From Kondoa subrosea (lineage: Eukaryota), in contig BCIN01000002.1 of the NCBI GenBank assembly GCA_039545335.1, positions 2,094,484 to 2,158,483 on the forward strand: DNA of 64,000 nt, written 5' to 3'. Below the pieces are notes generated by a model. That model saw only the letters and a list, made by a program, of their open reading frames with translations. It was not told the DNA's origin and ran no database searches. This document shows, in pieces, positions 1 to 13,979 of this stretch. Position 1 is the stretch's first letter, and each line of letters opens with the position of its first letter. Made by a program: the position numbers and the translations under genes.

Positions 1-3000
1 TTCGGCCGCATCTAGAACAACTAGACGACTCGACAGATCTGAGATGTCGCGTTTGATGATATCTGCGTTCTTGTTTGCTTCATTCATTTCTTCTTTGAGC
101 CGCACGATTTCGGCGGAATATTTGTTCAAAGCGTCACATATTTCTTCCTTGAAATCGTCAATGACCACAAAGTCGGGGAAAAATGGTAAGATATCTTCGA
201 TCTGCAGTAATTGAGCGCTTTCGAGGAAGCGAGCGGCACTGCGTAACAATATTGATCAGCCATGACACCCGATATGCAAACAAGTCTTACCTTTGAACGT
301 CGTGCTGCTGACCTACAACATGTGCAGCTACTTTCAGCCAGAGCGACTTGCGCACCAGAGTACGATCTTCGCCTGGCATGTCGGCATAGTGTTTCGCTAA
401 ATCGATATCACCAATCTCGAGTGCTAGATCCACCGCGCTTTCCCACATAGCCATTTTGCCGTAGATATAGACGCTGGCTCGATGACATTTGAAAGATTGA
501 CTAAGTCGCAAGGCGTAATCTAGATCGTAGGGCGGCAGACCAGTTTCGGAATCGTCTGTCGCTCGCTCGAGTACGTTTAGAAAGCTACTGTCGTCTTCTT
601 GTACTAGCCGAGCATGCATCATGAGTAGGGCATTATATGCAGCCGAGTCATTCGATTGAGTATGAAGGATGCTGCGTTCCAGATAAGAAGCGATAGCGAG
701 GTTGACTTTTCTATCTGTACTTTGTATCGAAAGAAGAGCAGGAAGTAGCCGAGAAAGATCCAATGCAGGCTGACGGAGAAAGGCATCAATGGCTGCAGTC
801 GTAGAATGTCGCATTAGAGCGGGAGCGAAGATATAATACAGCTCGACATCGTTTTGGCGATTAAGAGCGTCAAGCGCTTTCGACCATTCTTCTTCTTGCA
901 CCCAATATCGTACAATGCGATCGTGATGACCCATAATTTGGGAGTAGTGTATTGAGAGCATTGGTCTGCCATGACTCGCAAGCAGATCGTAGACTGTGTT
1001 GTCATCCAAGTTGTCCTGAGTATCATCATTTCCAGTTAAAAAGACAGCATAGCATAGATACAACTGACCTTGTAGGTGTTTAGAAAGGCTTTCAAATCTT
1101 CTTCTAGTATAGACCGCTCCAGCTCAAAGTTCTGGGCAATTTCGCTGTGCCCTTCGGAGAAAGCAGCGTCTTCCAGCTCGTTGATCTTGCCAAGAGTATT
1201 CTCAAGTAACCAAGATGCGAGCATCAAGCGCTGTATTGTGTCCTACCCGCAGTGATCAAAGTCCATTTTCCGCGCAGTTTCATAGCCTTTCACGTACTGT
1301 TTTCCGCAGTCGACTCAATCTAGAACTCAAATATGTCCTCAGAGCATCCTTTTCTGACTTCTCAGAGAATTTGATGGCAACCTCTTCGAAGCTCTTTGTT
1401 GTTTGAGCATAAAGATCTGCGGCTTGAATGTATCGACCAGCTGTATAAAAGGCATCTGCTTTCTTGGCCAGAACAATATCTCTTTGCGAAGGATTCTGAT
1501 CGCTAGAATCAGCTCTATCTCACAGCCAAATGGATGGAGTTCACCTTTGCCATAGTAAGAGCAGTGTCATATGCTTGTCTAGCTAAGTGAACAGCCCAGA
1601 TATCCCTATCTTCATCTGAAACAGACAACTCATAGATCGCGGAACTTGTGAAGAGCCAATAAGTCTGAGCTGCTCGATCGGTGACCAAGCCTTGAATTTG
1701 GTCATTTCCGGTCAAATTGAGCGTTTCTTCGAAAACAATCTTATCGTCTAGTACTCGGATGATCCTAATCGATGCTGTGTAGGCGAGAACGAAGTGAAAC
1801 TCGGTCAAAGCCATGCTGACTGGTAGTTCGGCTTGAATTTGTCTTGTTGTTCGGTCATATTCATTAGGTGAAGATGGAGCTTGCAAAGCCGGGTAGGGAA
1901 GTAGTTGTGCGGCATCAATGAGACCATCGCCAGGTTCTTGGGACGAGTAGGTGAGATTGCCATGGTATATGCCAGGCCCTGTTTGCATGTTAGTCTTTCG
2001 ATCATTTATAACGTGAAGCTTTGCAGACGAACCTGTTGACCAGGCCACAGATTTAGGCGGTTCTAAAGAGCTGGCTTTGTCCTTTGTAGATTGCCAGAAA
2101 TGCAGCTCGCTGTATGGCGTATCTCCAGGTAGTTCAAGCGATTCTGACACAACATGAAAAGATAGCTTGCTATCAATGATCGATCACCTACTTGGTGCTG
2201 TCTCCTTGAATACTTGGCTCGCAGTATCAAACAATCCTTCTTCTGAAGTTTCGGACGGAGCTGCGCTACAGTACTGTAATATCCTAGTACTTGTAGTAGC
2301 TATGACAGCAAGACGTCGCTTTGAGCTACCCATACGATTCCAAACTTGATAGCGTAAACCAAGAATAGCTTGACGTTCTTGCAACATCAAGACAGGTTTG
2401 AGGTATCGATCATGAGAAGTTCGTCCAAAAGGTCTAGATCCACCTTCTATATCTCCCTCTAACCAAGTCTCAAAGATTCGTCCATCCGCTGTTCCGATGA
2501 GCATCTCTTTTGTAGAACTGGCGCTCATCGTTTTGGCTGTTAAAGCTTCGGTTGCCCATGCTATCGATTCAACAGGCAATCCTTTAAACTTGCTCAGTAC
2601 TTTGGCTCGCTTCCGACCACCTTCTGAAGGCCAACCAGAGTAGAAATAATAGTTATCGTTTGCCGTGGTACTCAATAGCAAATGTTGACCTGAAGGATCA
2701 ACGAAAACCCGACGAATCTTCTGTTTTGGAGCTGCAGAAGCATTATTCGTTGAGCCAGGAGCAGAAGGTAAGATGATCACAGTCTCATCGTCAGACTTGT
2801 CAAGGTCCATTCGAATGATTTGCGAGCCCGTCGCTGCTGAGACAGCCAAATAAAGGATATTTGAGGCACAGCATAGATGCGTAAGCGGTCCAGGTAAGCT
2901 GTACTGCAAGACAGATCCAATCTCAGCTTTATTGACATGCACACTCGAGATTGCACGAGCTTACTTGTACTTTGCTCAAGCTAAAGACAGGCTGCGCATC

Positions 3001-3188
3001 TGCAGCTTGCGAGGACTCTTGTGTGGACTGCATTGACTCTGTCCATTAGAGGTCGCGGTAAATGCACTTGCTTTTAGACGAACTGAATGACCCAGAGCTC
3101 TTCTTATAGCTTCATCTGATCCACTAGCACTCTCTTGCTGCTCGAATCCCTGTTCTCGAAACCCCTCAATCCCGAATGAGTCTTGCAT
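1..3188 (-). CDS. VPS18: Vacuolar protein sorting 18 (Pep3), HOPS/CORVET subunit; multi-exon, 3' end runs off the window
   Basis: ORFs 2184-2942 (VFVDPSGQHLL, LIGTADGRIFE), 1515-2150 (ALTEFHFVL, EDRDIW) and 287-1063 (YDLDYALRL, LWLKVAAHVV). The reverse strand at 1-240 reads IEDILPFFPDFVVIDDFKEEICDAL, typical of the Vps18 C-terminal region. Confidence 0.92.
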
Positions 3189-3346
3189 GATTCATAGTCT
3201 CAAAAGGTTACCGGGAAAGAGGTTGCTTATTATTCAACTGATCGCAACTTGAAGTTTATTACTAGGCATTATGTTGCTGATCAGGTCCGGTACAAGGTTT
3301 GTCGTTTTCATCTATCTATCTACGCCTAGTATTCCCCGTCATTGCT

Positions 3347-5542
3347 CTAGTAGATATACGGTACAAAGCGATACGGAACCTGTTGGGCGACATCAGCTAA
3401 GGTGCAGTTGCGAGTATACAGCACACGCACGATTTCACAGTACTTGTCCCAATCTTTGCCTATAGCGGAACATCAGCAAACACAACATGGCATTGTATAG
3501 CATTCTTACCATATTTGCGCTCGCACCTGTAACCTATCAGCTTCTGAATGATCCTAAAGAAATGACAAACTCACCTGGCGAAATCTCTACCGCAACGGTG
3601 ACAAATCCTGCGTTTTAGATCATCAGCAACGTGTACATGCAGAGGCCAATTAATTAAACTATTCCTACATGATCAGGAAAAAGAATGGATACCAGTAGAT
3701 GATTGGTGTTCCAAATCCAGCGCACAAACCCCAAGTCAATACTTGAACGATATCCGCCGCATAGTTCTGTTTCCCTATTTGTCAGATTTTGCTTCACTTT
3801 CAAACTACACGTAAAGAGAAGTTACTGGTTTTCTGAGATAAGCCCACCATCCATCAATGAGTAGCTTTCCTCCTTGAGCAGTCTGAATGTATTTCGGATT
3901 CTTGACTGTATTCCATGGTAGTTGAGGGAAAGTCCATCGCGGTTCATGATGACTTCCATCCATTTGCATCTTGAAATGAGATTTTTGGGCCATAGAAGTA
4001 TCGAAGCTGTTTCATTCCTCCTCTCTCAGACATGCGTACCGATTAAATGCGCGACGTACATATAGTGCGCGATCAGATGGACAGCAAATAACAAAACATA
4101 GACTGGAGTGGAGAAGCGATAAGTAGCTGGATCGTGAGTTGCCATCCAAATGATCGAATAGCAATAGGTGAAAGGCACGCCTGGAACCTTTCAAGTCAGC
4201 CCCATGCATATGCACAACATGATTAATGCACCAGCAAAGTTCCAGAACGCAAGCTGATTGGATGACTTAGCTCTTGCTTGAGATGGAAAGAAGCTTGCTT
4301 ACTAGCCAGCCAAACTTCTCACTTTACACATGGTCAGGAATTGTTTCAAGCAGCAATAAAAGGCATACTATGCCATATCTGATCATCGCTATGTTAATAC
4401 GATATTACGGATTCAGCGAGAAGGATAGACTCACCCCAAGTTTGAACAATCAATTCTTCTCCTTTCGCGCATCTATACGAGGCTCAAAAACACTAGATGA
4501 CAATTCAATACCTATACTGACGCATTAATCTGAAGGCCTGAAGCCATGACCATAAAGGCTTGATTCGGCGAGACGTATCCGTAAGTATCGTATTGCTTGA
4601 TGCAACCACCAATAGCCATCAAGAATAGCCAGACCCAAGGTATTCTGACTTCTGCCCACCTGTCCGCGCGAGAATCAGCGATTATTCACACCAAGTACAC
4701 TGAACAGGACGTACATCTTGATGTCAACGCCTAAGATTCTTGGATTAAGACTGGCTCCCACTTTCGGACACATCAGCGAAGTCAAATATTCCTTCAAGCG
4801 GACGTACTAAAGTAATCGTAGATTGGGTTGCCAGACATTCGGATCGGTCGACCAAAGAGTACAGTTCCCAAATAGCATACAGTCGAAATGGCAAAGCTGA
4901 CGATAATTGCAACAGTCATGACCGGTCCAAAATGATCAATGAGTTCCGATAGACGGAACAAGTTAGTGTAGTGTAATCCAGCGCAGGTGATCATTGTGAT
5001 GTAGAAAGCTCCCAGAGCGTTGCAATTGTACATCAAACGACCACCATTGAGCGATTCGATGGGTAGACCTATTTGTTGGTAGCCAGGTAGGACGACAGCG
5101 AGCGAAAGTTGGAAGGCCATAAGACCCAAGTAGATCTGGGCTCCCTTAGCATTTGGGGCCGCATGCTGAATTCACAATATGGTAAGTACCTCACCAGAAG
5201 AAAGGAACAGACTGACCTCTAATACGATCTGCGCAAAGTTGCGAAACCAAGATCCAGCGTCTGCAAAACTCGTAGGTGCTTGCAATTTTCCATCATAGAG
5301 CACCAAACAACCCCAGAGATAATAGAGAAGGCAAGGGAAGAACACCATCATCGCTCCGCAGCCCAAGGGCCCGCCAAACTCATACTCGTGATGAACTGTG
5401 ATGGCAGTACTGCCTCAGTCTGCTGCTATCCATGGAAAGCGAATTGGATCGCACCATCAGGATCTATAGGTCCTTGAGCTTTTGCTTCGGCTTGCTTCTC
5501 TTCCGCTGTCTTTCCTCTTCTCTTCAAGGTTGTAGCGGCCAT
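3347..5542 (-). CDS. ERG4: Delta24(24(1))-sterol reductase (ERG4/ERG24 family), multi-exon
   Basis: HEYEFGGPLG, YNCNAL, MSGNPIYDYF, QKSHFKMQ...FPQLPW...GKLLIDGWWAYLRKP, and C-terminus VPYRFVPYIY*; ATG at 5542. Confidence 0.92.
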
Positions 5543-5699
5543 GTGCTGCGATGATTATTGTGCACCAAGGCCACTAATAGAAGAAGCACCTAATCGCTGT
5601 TTTAGTGCAGATGTTTTTTTTTTTCTGGATTCAAAGCGCGATCGCCGCGACGGATTCAATGCATGATTTACAGGTACAATTGACGCAGTAGTCTACTCT

Positions 5700-8600
5700 T
5701 TACAAAGTCTGCCAACCTCCCGAATCAATTCCAGCTTCCAGCTTCCTCGCAACTACAATAGGTATCGTTTGCTTTAACCACATAGATCTCAATTCTTCGT
5801 ATCGCTTTATGTTCAGATACTGAGGTCGATGTCGTTTACATCCCATATCTGTTTCACCATGCGGATCGAGATAAGGTGAATTGATCATGCAGCCGTTACT
5901 CGCGTAGAGTGCAACGATGCAGGACTTGCGGATGAGAAGGAAGAGACCACTAGATCCACTGCATCTATAAACGGTATAACTAATCAGGTCGCGCTCGCGC
6001 GACGGCAACAGGAGAACCTACGAAAGCATATGCGAATTGCATTCCCCCAATTCTGGCTCATTCTCAAAATCCCGGTCCATGCAACAGAAGCTCTGGTGGC
6101 AAACAATCTGACCGCATAGAAGACATAGAGCCGGATCAGGTGGAACGTTGCCGCATTTCTTACAAACAGTTGCAGCGGCTCTTTCCACCAAATTGTCCAA
6201 TGTTGAAGGCAGAGATATGAGACCGTGAGGTAAAGGTGACTCAATAGGTACGAGTGATGGCGGAAGTGGAAATTCGAGGTAGGATTTCAGCCAATACCGA
6301 ATTCGAGCCATGAAGGGTTTTCGATTACTGGTATTGAAATGCATTAGGGTTGTTGGATTTGGTATATGAAGGAGTCCAAGTAATTGGGAAAATTCTTGAC
6401 TGGTGCCTTGTGGTATGTTAGTGAGCTGCGCAGATTCGGGTAGTAGAGCTTGGAGAAGGAGTTTCGCTCGACGAAGGAAAGGAAGTGCCAGACATGACGT
6501 TAGCTGACCAAGATGCTGAAGATGAACGGATTGTAGCGGAAGGATATAGGGATGTTTGGCATAGTGTCGCGTGAGCTCGAGCACTACCATCCCGATTTGT
6601 TCACATTCGACAGATTCAGTGTAAGGCTGAACAGCAGCGAGACGGTCGAAACCGCCAATTCGATGCATATTGACCAGGATCCGCAGCAATTCTAAGTAGA
6701 AGCAAAGAACCATATGATATCTGATCGTCGAGGGGTTCAGGGCTGCAAGCTCGACCAATAGCTCGAACGGGTCTCGCAAAAGAACCGGTGTACGAAGATA
6801 AGAGGCGTGTCGAAGAGGCGTTGATATTGTAAGTCGAGCGCTTGCGATCGCTGCAAGATCTTCTGCTAGCACAGTTTGCGCTGCGCCTAATTGTGCCAAC
6901 TGTCTTATGCATAGCAGTAGACTATTGATAATTAGCGAAGACTTTGCTGACGCTTCATCGTCTACAGCCGATATCGCCTGACTTCTCTGCTGGATTTCCA
7001 TCACTGCGATAGTATAGGCGACCAACTCGTTCGGAAGATATGCCGAATGAGTCTCGATCGTTTTCACTGTATTTCGATGCGCTTCGATGCTCAAAGGCCA
7101 GGCAACTTGCATCAATCTTTGCAACATTGCAAGCTCCGATCCACTTGCTTCGCCGACTGATGCTTGCTGGTGAGCAGCGGGTAAGTCTTCATCAATTTTG
7201 AGAGTTCGCAATTGGCCAGCATCGGAACGAGTGAAAGCTTGCAACAGATCCGCCGTCCGGCCCGCTAATTCGGTAATAGCTGGCCTGGATGCCCAATCTT
7301 CTAACTCGTCAATAATCGTTGCGTCTTCCTGCGCCGGAATTGGTGCTACTACTGGATCTTGATGAGAGTATGGCAGCAAGACATTACCGAGACTTTTGCA
7401 AAGCGGACAGATGAATTCTCTTCGACCAAGGTTTTCCGGATGATTTCTAGTAGGCTGACCCGCGTGTCTAGTTTCGACTGATTGACAATAGGTTTGGAAG
7501 CAGGCAAGGTGCATCTTGTGACCGCAGCTCGATAGATAAAGACCAGCAAGATAAGCTCTTGAATGGCCTGTCCCGAATGACATCTCGAAATCGTCATTGG
7601 ACACAGACAGGGTCGAATTAGATGCCAGAATGTCCATAGTAGCCTCAGAGTCCTCTGGATCAAGACCACGTCTGGTAGAGCTCGATTGAATCAAAGCTAG
7701 AGATCCGAAAGCTTCCTGCTTTTTGAGGATTTCTTGACAGACGATGCAGCTCCCATAGATTTCACTTGCTTCTGCTGACGAACTTTGATCCATGTCTTCA
7801 TCATCGTCAACGTCATCAAAGTCTATTGGATTATCGTCAATGAACGTCTGCCGTGCTTTAGCGAATTGTGCTAGGACAGCTGCTTGACGGTCTTTGGCAG
7901 CTTGTTTCTTTGCTTCCAGAGCTTGAGCAGCGATATCGAAACTTGAGCTCTCGGACAGAATGCTTGGAGTTGGTGGCAGAACTGGTTGCTGAGATTGAGC
8001 TTGACATTGCTGAATGCATAGTTCGAGCTTGATCTTTAGCAGCTCTCCATTGATTTTGCTTTTCAAGTCGATTAAAGATTGCATAGCGGAACTCTCACTT
8101 AGAGCAGCATTAATGTTGAGTATGGCTTCCGGTGTTCGCAAAGCCATCAAGAGCAATTGAAGGGTCGCGTCCAAAAGAGGCTCGGAGACGTCACTTCTGG
8201 CTTGCTGCCATTGCAGAACTCTTGCAAGCAGAGTGCCAAACAACTTTGTGCCAAAGGCTTTGTATAAACTGAGAAGTAAAGCTGATGATTGAGATAGTTG
8301 AGATGTCGCATCGAACCATCTTGACATGTCCGGGAACCGATTGCTCTCTTCTATTGCAGATGTCACTTCATCCCTTTGGTTACGAGAATAGCGGAAATAG
8401 AAAGGATGTACTTCATCTAATAGATTTGGTAGAAGAGTGTAGACGCCATGATCGAAAGCACCTTGAGGTTTCCGATAAGTCGACACTTCACTCAAAATTC
8501 TATCTAATTGGGGTGATTCGGAAGATTGATCCGCTAGCTTTTTGACCAGTTCGCTATGAGAGCAAGATCCGAGAGCTAAAGCATGCACTACATCTCGGCG

Positions 8601-11073
8601 AATACGTTGATCTGTTGACCATCCAGCTAGATTGGCAGGCTCGCCGAGCAGCACCACCAGTAGTAGCAGGAACTCTTCTAGCATAGTCTGACTTTGTTGA
8701 GCATCATAGTGATTCTGGTTGTTGTCTTGCTGATCCAGGATTCCGACCAGATTGTATCGATCGAGAAGAGCGACCAGCATCTGTTCAGGTCTGTCAATTA
8801 GTCCAAGTTGAAGGAGATAGGTATCTTGATCGTAAGTATTCTCCCGTAGATTATATTCTCGGTAATGTAGCTGTTGGGCTCGGACGCTGAAGCCGTTTCG
8901 AACCCATAAACCAGCTCGGATTTGCGAGACCAGAACACATGCTGCAATCATCTGATCAGACCTCACTTGTCAATGTATGCAATAACTTACTGCTTAGGGC
9001 ATCTTCTACAGCAAACAGCGAGCCAAAGCTGACAGCCAATCCAGGTAGAGAGAGGAGTGACATTTGGTTCCCGATTCCGTTGCTTTCCGCAATAGCCGAA
9101 ACGTTCTTGCACACCTCTCCGAACAGCCAAGAGACCGGATGATGGAAACTAACAGGGTCGACCAAAACATTATGATTGACACATTCATAGACGATGCCAT
9201 CGAAATTGACCTGATGGAAAGCTTTCGGTGTGTTTTTCTTTGCAATAATGGATATAGCTTCTTGTACTCTTGCTATATCGCTTGAAGAGCTGAAGACTTC
9301 TCCCACTGATCGACAGGCTTTTGCCATATGCATTGTCAAATTGAAGGCCGTGACCCAAGTATCGGCCTCAAATTCCACATGTTCCGTCACTGCTCGAACA
9401 ATTGGATTCATTCCTGTGAAAAGACCTGCGAAAGAAACGAAGAAAGCGATGTTCGAGGAATTGGATGCTAAAGCTTGTTGTGCCTCTGTGGACTGGATCA
9501 AGCGCCGGAGATCTGAGAAGATGTAGAGGTATCGTTTGTGCTTGAAGGAGCTGCTGTCGGGCGAAACATGGGTAATGCTCAGATTAGGTGGAAGATTCAG
9601 ATGTTTTCCAGATCGATCTAATTGTTCAGTGAAGAAGGCGTGTAAGATACAAATGATGATAGGGAAAGCGTTGTGTGCTGAAATAAGATAAGTCGCAATG
9701 TTGGGTATAGCGAAAAGTTGCATGCTCAGTTGAATGATTGAGTATTCTGGTTCTCGATCGGAAAACAGATAGGTGTCCATAAGTACTGGGTATAGATGCA
9801 TGAAAAGACCAGCTGATAAAACAGATCAGACATCGGGGAAAGCGGGAATTGAAAGGCTCACCGAATGTTTGTCTGACCAGACCGCCCAATGACATAACTC
9901 GAACGACCAACTCCCTGACACCTAACCTAGTAGCTTTCCACAATCTACTATCATGTAATAGAAGCTTGCTGAACCTCGACGCATTTGGCAATCCACCTAA
10001 AGATTCCGCAATGATTTGGAGGAAGATCGGCGCTGCTTGCTTTTCACCTTGTACATTGACTTGAGCGAGATCATTCAAAAAGTCAATGATGACGCCAGTC
10101 GCTAATTCAGCAAAGACTTGATCTGCTGGACTGATACTTACTGCGAGATCGATATTGGCGATAGTACGGGATACATGCCGCAGACGAGCGTCGACGGAGG
10201 AGAGCAAGACGACTTCTCTTCCAGTTGAGTCGATTCTAAGAGCGGCGTCCAAGGCGGTAGAAGTAGTCATAGTCGGTACAGCTCGACATAGCTGATCAAT
10301 AACTGCATCGAAACTGTGCTTCTCGTCGTTCCAAAGTACGACACAGGATAAAACATCGGCTTGGATAGAATCCAATTGTTGTACGATCTCGGTAGAAGCA
10401 GGTGAAGCACTCCATGTTTCGATGCAAAAATCCAGTAAGGTTGCTATCAGATGTTTCCATTTGTCTAGAAGATCTGAAGGAAGTACTACTTGTGTGAAGA
10501 TGTTTTCGGAAGAGGGAACATCTGAAACCGGTCCTTGAGTGTTCTTCCATAATTCTGGATCTCCAGCTGAACAAGCCAAAGCACCACCTGCATGAATTTG
10601 AAAGGTAATATCGTGTGAGATATGTCGTGATGGATCGTAGCAGTCGACGCAGAGGAAAGAAGCTTCGTCGTGTCCGCAGTCTCTGCAATTCCTTCGTCAG
10701 CTTGACGGTATTGCTTTGAAGTCTGCCTCGCTGACCGACAAGCATATACACCTTGACCTTGTTTAAAGATATGCCCGCATCTATTCTTTGTGACCTTTGA
10801 GCTCATCTCCTGCTGTTGCCTGCTGTGCAAAGTCCAGTCGAGCGGCACATTTGTTTGCGAGAGTATAGACAATCCAGGCAAGATCTCAGGCGACTCGCCC
10901 ACGGTATCAAGTAGACCAGAGTAAAGCACATGTCTCAAAGCTTGGATGACGCTTGCTGTAGCTCCAGAGTAATCTGCAGCTTCACGACATTGCGCTTGAA
11001 TTTGAGCCAATGATGCACGCAAGGCCGAGAGAGATGAAAGCGGTCCTCCATCAGAGCTGTCCGAAGTGTTCAT
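5700..11073 (-). CDS. UBR1: E3 ubiquitin ligase Ubr1 (N-recognin)
   Basis: UBR box (RCGHIFK...CRDC), ClpS-like VLWNDEKHSF, QIRAGLWVRNG, RING (CIVC...SCGHKMHLAC...CPLCKSLGN), and C-terminal PYLDPHGETD. Confidence 0.95.
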
Positions 11074-11135
11074 GTCTAGCTTCGACCTTCTTGTTTAATC
11101 CATCGCAGTTTGACAGCAACCACCAAACTTGAGAA

Positions 11136-12174
11136 ATGTCATTACCCAATCTCATTCCAGCCGCAAACACGTCCAGTGCATCTTTAGTCAGCGCAAACAC
11201 TAAGTTGTTAGCAGACCCAGAGCGTAAACAGCATGTAGATAGCAGGTTGTTCGAATATCTGACAATAGAGGTGAGCTTGTATTACATGCACTTCCTGGTG
11301 ATGCTCAGTCATGTTCATATAGATGCTCGACATTTTGGCAGAATCAACGTCTAGACTGGCGGAAATACGAAGGAAAGAGACTGCATTAGATCCGCCAGAC
11401 AAGGACGAAGTTACTATCACACCTCTTCGGCTGGATTCAGCTCCAAGTGCTGCAGAAGTAGTGCAGCTGACGCAACAGTCGTTGATAGGGACGAGGTCGA
11501 GGATGGAAGCTATGGGTTTTGCGATTGGGCGAGCATTGGCTGAAAGGTATCTCAAGTTACAAGACGGTACTGAATGGAGCTGATCCTGTTTGTAGGCTAA
11601 CGAAAGATCGAGCTATCTTCTCGAGAAGTCCGGCTGCTCAGGAAACAGATACTATTCCGCCGTTAGACTCGCTGGAAGTCGTCAAATGGATGTATGTCCA
11701 CTGTTTACAATATTCAAGTCCTCTCTCATACGTAGAGCAGATGTAAAGATCTATGGACTGCTCTGTACGACAAACAAATGTGAGCCTTTCCACCATATCG
11801 CACATTCTATCTGAAAATCGCATCAGAGACAATTTACGGACGAATCATAGAGGCGTCTTTGTCCTGCACGACAACAATCATAGACCTCTTCTGAGGTTCA
11901 GCACTTCTTCTATATTATCAGAAGACGCTATACTAGCGGAAAGAGTTTTAACGGTTCTTCATCCCACTTGTCTGCTTGACTGAAGCTTACATCAGTCTTT
12001 AGACATTACAATTGCCATGCGGGATAATAAGAGGCGCTTTGACATGCTTGCGATTACCATGTACAGTGATACCGGATGTATCTAGTGGGGCTGTTTGTGA
12101 GTTTTCCAGCGCTTGGTTTGACCCTGTGGGCTGAGCGCCATACAGGTACATTCCAGATAAAGCTAATGAAGTAA
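11136..12174 (+). CDS. TRS33: TRAPP complex subunit Trs33/TRAPPC6, multi-exon
   Basis: RMEAMGFAIGRALAER, LEVVKW-CKDLW, DNLRTNHRGVFVLHDN, CGIIRGAL, C-terminal TFQIKLMK*. Confidence 0.9.
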
Positions 12175-12179
12175 TCTCA

Positions 12180-12564
12180 TCAATCGCTCTCGATGAATTC
12201 CTGAAGAGCTAGAAGTATGGCTAACTTGCCTTTGTTTACCTTCTTTTTCGTAAGGACTCTACTAGCTTCTTCTATCTCTCGCTGCTCCCTGTCTGCATAT
12301 GACCGAAGAGATAAGATTGTCGTCTTGCGATTTGCGCTCTCTCGCGGGTCTACACTGAGGCGATGTCATGAAAGCGAATCCATCTTCTTTTCCTGTTCTT
12401 CTTTCCATACGGTCGACGACCAGATTTCTATCAGCTTCATATAAGAATGCCTCTAACAAAGAATGCAAAGAATGCAAACGGCGCAACTCAAGCTGGCGCA
12501 AGTAAGCTTTCAGTGAATTGACATCCATCGCGATCTCATCTGGATCAGCAGAGCCATCAATCAA
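12180..12564 (-). CDS. Small hypothetical protein, one intron
   Basis: MDVNSLKAYLRQLELRRLHSL... joined across a GTATGG..CAG intron (~12356-12410) to VDPRESANRK...LQEFIESD*. Helical-looking sequence; start codon uncertain. Confidence 0.4.
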
Positions 12565-13217
12565 ATTCAGCCTAGATTCGGTTGGTGCAATTTATGACTT
12601 CGCTGGCAAGCCCAGGCCGAACCACGTACCAGCCTTCACGGGCACTGTTCCAGCTCATCTGCCATCACCGACTTCTCATCGGAGACCTGACCAACACCAA
12701 GACACAGCTACTGAAGCTTGGCCAAAGCATCACAATTCAGGCAAGCCAGAACTCAGCCATACACGTATTGAAAGTTCTTCATCGCCCACAGCGGTTGCAC
12801 GCCCTTCTGTTCCGTTTGGTCTTACCAATTCTCGCACCTTCGACGCTTCAGTTGCTCAATATCCACCAGCACTTCCGGCCAGCGCAAAACCGGTCTCTCA
12901 TGTTGCGAATACAACTTTCACGCCAACTTTTATCTCCCAGGATAGTAAGACAAACACTTGGGGAAGCGGTGACTCGGGCTATCATTCCGACAAGGCAAGC
13001 ACCGCAAGACAATCTCACCAATTGCAGCGTAAGGCGGCCTTCCCTTCCTTGAGAGGCTGATTCAGCAGTGTCATCACGCTCCCGTGTATCATAGAATCAT
13101 GCAGATTGTACTCTCTAGCCCTTTGATATTATATAAGACTTAGCATCTTTTCGCTCTCTTTCGCGCGTGAAGAGACGTGCTTGCTTTTTGTACTCTGACG
13201 TTGTCCTGAATGCCGCA

Positions 13218-13979
13218 ATGAACCGAAGTCCCTACAGCAGCAGTCTACAGCCAGGAGCAGGTCTTTCGCATAGAGAGAATCGCGTTGCATCGTCTTCTGG
13301 TCGAAGTTCACCTTTCGATGCTTCGAGCGCGGATTTCTCCAATAACAGGACAGCGGAACAGCTTGAAGCGTGCGCAACAAAGTGATTGTCAATAGGATTG
13401 AATGGCTTATGTCTATCACAGACAGAATGACGAGGAATTGAATGGGTTAAGTGCGAAGGTTTCAATGCTCAAAAACGTATGCTTGCTGCTTTGCACTGCT
13501 ATCGTTGTGTCTGATTGACAGAAGTGATATAGATCACATTATCGATAGGTCCGCTAGCAATTCCTTCTTATTCGCAAGCTATGCTCATCATCATCATCAT
13601 CATCACTGGATCATCAGGGAATGAAGTCCGCGATTCGACAAAAATGCTCTCGGGGATGGTAAGCACTGTGTTGTTGATTTGCCCTTTACTTCATGACGCA
13701 GCTTGCTTTCCCTCACTCATCAGAACGACAACTTTGATACTACTCAAGGCTTATTATCTGGAACGTTCAAGCGACTGAATGATATGTCAGCGCGGCAAGG
13801 AGGGAGATGGTGGTATTGTGCGTCCTCTTACCGCCTGCTCGGAGCGAAAATCTCAAACTGCCATACACAGGGTTGGCTTTTCTGGTCATTGTGTTCTGGA
13901 TCTTTGTGTGAGTTAACCGCTTCTGAGTTTGATGCAGGCTCACTCAAAGATCAGATTGCGCTGGTTGCATTTCATATGA
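13218..13979 (+). CDS. BET1: Golgi Qc-SNARE Bet1, multi-exon
   Basis: Spliced reading gives NDEELNGLSAKVSMLKN-ITLSIG-NEVRDSTKML...NDNFDTTQGLLSGTFKRLNDM plus a C-terminal transmembrane segment. Confidence 0.88.

Noticed and set aside
13584..13604. (CAT)n tract, and (CAG)n tracts near 24700 and 54720
   Set aside because: Ordinary intronic microsatellite and polyQ codons; not a CRISPR-like or otherwise functional array.
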